Shown here piece by piece: positions 62,151 through 64,000 of a stretch of DNA of 64,000 nt (its first letter is position 1; every line of letters starts with the position of its first letter). Location of the stretch: assembly GCA_964016885.1 (NCBI GenBank), contig OZ024754.1:40114001-40178000 (forward strand). Direction: 5' to 3'. A program made the translations under genes and the position numbers. The notes under the pieces are model-generated. The model saw only the letters and a program-made list of their open reading frames with translations, was not told the origin of the DNA and ran no database searches. This DNA is from Eledone cirrhosa (lineage: Eukaryota).

Positions 62151-62442
62151 CACTCTCAGACCGGGTGATGTGTTGTTTCCTTGAGCAAGACACTTCATTT
62201 CACATTGCTCCAGTTTACTCAGCTGTAGAAATGAGATGATAGGGACTGGGGTCCCTATCATTCCACTGCAAAGTGGTCGTGGAGGTGCCACGGTAAAAAA
62301 AGCACCCAGTACTCACTGTAAATGAGGTTGGTGTTAGGAAGGGCATCCAGCTGTAGAAATCAAGCCAGAATCAGTTCCTGTCCCACCCTTGCAGCAAGGA
62401 AAATCGGACGTAAAATGAAATGATGATGAAAATGATGATGAT
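62151..62442 (+). mobile_element. CORE-like SINE, 5'-truncated
   Basis: Same family. Related 3' fragments also at about 9176-9395, 22860-22992, 23636-23862, 28217-28470, 30553-30722, 40560-40778, 46128-46400 and 61450-61620. Confidence 0.75.
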
Positions 62443-62670
62443 ATATACATATATTTATTAAAATAACAGATTAAAGTTTAAGCAAAGAATTAAAGTTTAA
62501 ACAAAGATTTGCTGCTTTCACCTTTAACGAGAAAGATCTCGTTAAGGGTGAAAGCAGCAATTCTTTGTTATTTTAATAAATATTTGCTCTACAGTTTATA
62601 TATATATATATATATATATTATCCTTGTCGAGCCCTCTTCGGATTTTAGTTTTCACATTTATTATTATTG

Positions 62671-62711
<41 letters not shown>

Positions 62712-62877
62712 TGTGTGTGTATATGTGATTTAGTTGTATATATATATATTTATATATATGTGTGTGCGTGTGTGTGTGTATGTGATTTAGCTGTATATAT
62801 ATATATTTATATATATGTGTGTGCGTGTGTGTGTATGTGTGATTTAGCTGTATATATATTTATATATATGTGTGTGT

Positions 62878-62944
<67 letters not shown>

Positions 62945-62963
62945 ATTTAGCTGTATATATATT

Positions 62964-62998
<35 letters not shown>

Positions 62999-63022
62999 TT
63001 GTGATTTAGCTGTATATATATT

Positions 63023-63072
<50 letters not shown>

Positions 63073-63281
63073 TGTGTGTATGTGATTTAGCTGTATATAT
63101 ATATATAAAAAGATTCAGGACCCCGACTGCTGAGCTCCAGCTGTTTCGACAGCTAGAAAACTGTTGAAACGGCCGGAGCTCAGCCGTCGGGGTCCTGAAT
63201 CTTTTCCTATTACCCACTCTACTACCCCAAGTATCGAGTACTCTGGTAGGTTATGGTTCACCTGGTTATTATTATACCCTA

Positions 63282-63330
<49 letters not shown>

Positions 63331-63414
63331 TGTGTGTGTGTATTGTTTTAGTTGTATAAATGGATTTAATATATGGAATCAGAACACCATTTATTCCACC
63401 CCTAGCACAATGGG

Positions 63415-63466
<52 letters not shown>

Positions 63467-63576
63467 AGCTTTCCAATATAAAAAAGAAATGAACAACAAC
63501 AAGCAAAAAACCTTCATTTAATTAATTTTTTAAATAATAGCCAAACTGTTACCGCTTCCAAATGATACTAGTTTAA

Positions 63577-64000
63577 CTTGACCAGAGCTTTGTAAACTCC
63601 CATGTTGTAATTTACCTTGACCAGAGCTTTGTAAACTCCCATGTTGTAATTTACCTTGACCAGAGCTTTGTAAACTCCCATGTTGTAATTTACCTTGACC
63701 AGGTCTTTATAAACTCCCATGTTGTAATTTACCTTGACCAGGTCTTTATAAACTCCCATGTTGTAATTTACCTTGACCAGGTCTTTATAAACTCCCATGT
63801 TGTAATTTACCTTGACCAGGTCTTTATAAACTCCCATGCTGTAATTTACCTTGACCAGGTCCTTACAAACTCCCATGCTGTAATTTACCTTGACCAGAGC
63901 TTTGTAAACTCCCATGTTGTAATTTATCTTGACCAGGTCTTTATAAACTCCCATGCTGTAATTTACCTTGACCAGGTCTTTATAAACTCCCATGCTGTAA
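63577..64000. repeat. 39-bp minisatellite running off the window end
   Basis: accagagctttgtaaactcccatgttgtaatttaccttg, about 11 copies. Confidence 0.95.

Overview
AT-rich, extremely microsatellite- and repeat-dense eukaryotic DNA. The repeat repertoire (CORE-like and Meta-like tRNA SINEs, RTE LINE debris, long (AT)n tracts) looks like an octopod cephalopod genome (inference). One protein-coding gene can be rebuilt by hand: a minus-strand LRRC74A/B-like leucine-rich-repeat gene with 13 GT-AG coding exons (52366 to 36527, 551 aa), a degenerate EF-hand-like tail and a 24-nt microexon. The rest is mobile-element debris: an internally deleted mariner with 103-bp extended TIRs, piggyBac- and hAT-type MITEs, a (TA)n-embedded foldback family, a 5S rRNA pseudogene and several minisatellites. 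The main unannotated signal is at least 13 minimal type-I hammerhead ribozyme motifs from several families, resembling Penelope pLTRs or retrozymes. They show compensatory stem changes, two carry a U3-A8 core variant, and several occur as same-strand pairs about 220-400 nt apart. Many local inverted duplications are centred on (AT)n tracts. Most ORFs in the supplied track are low-complexity artefacts. All calls were made by eye, without database searches.
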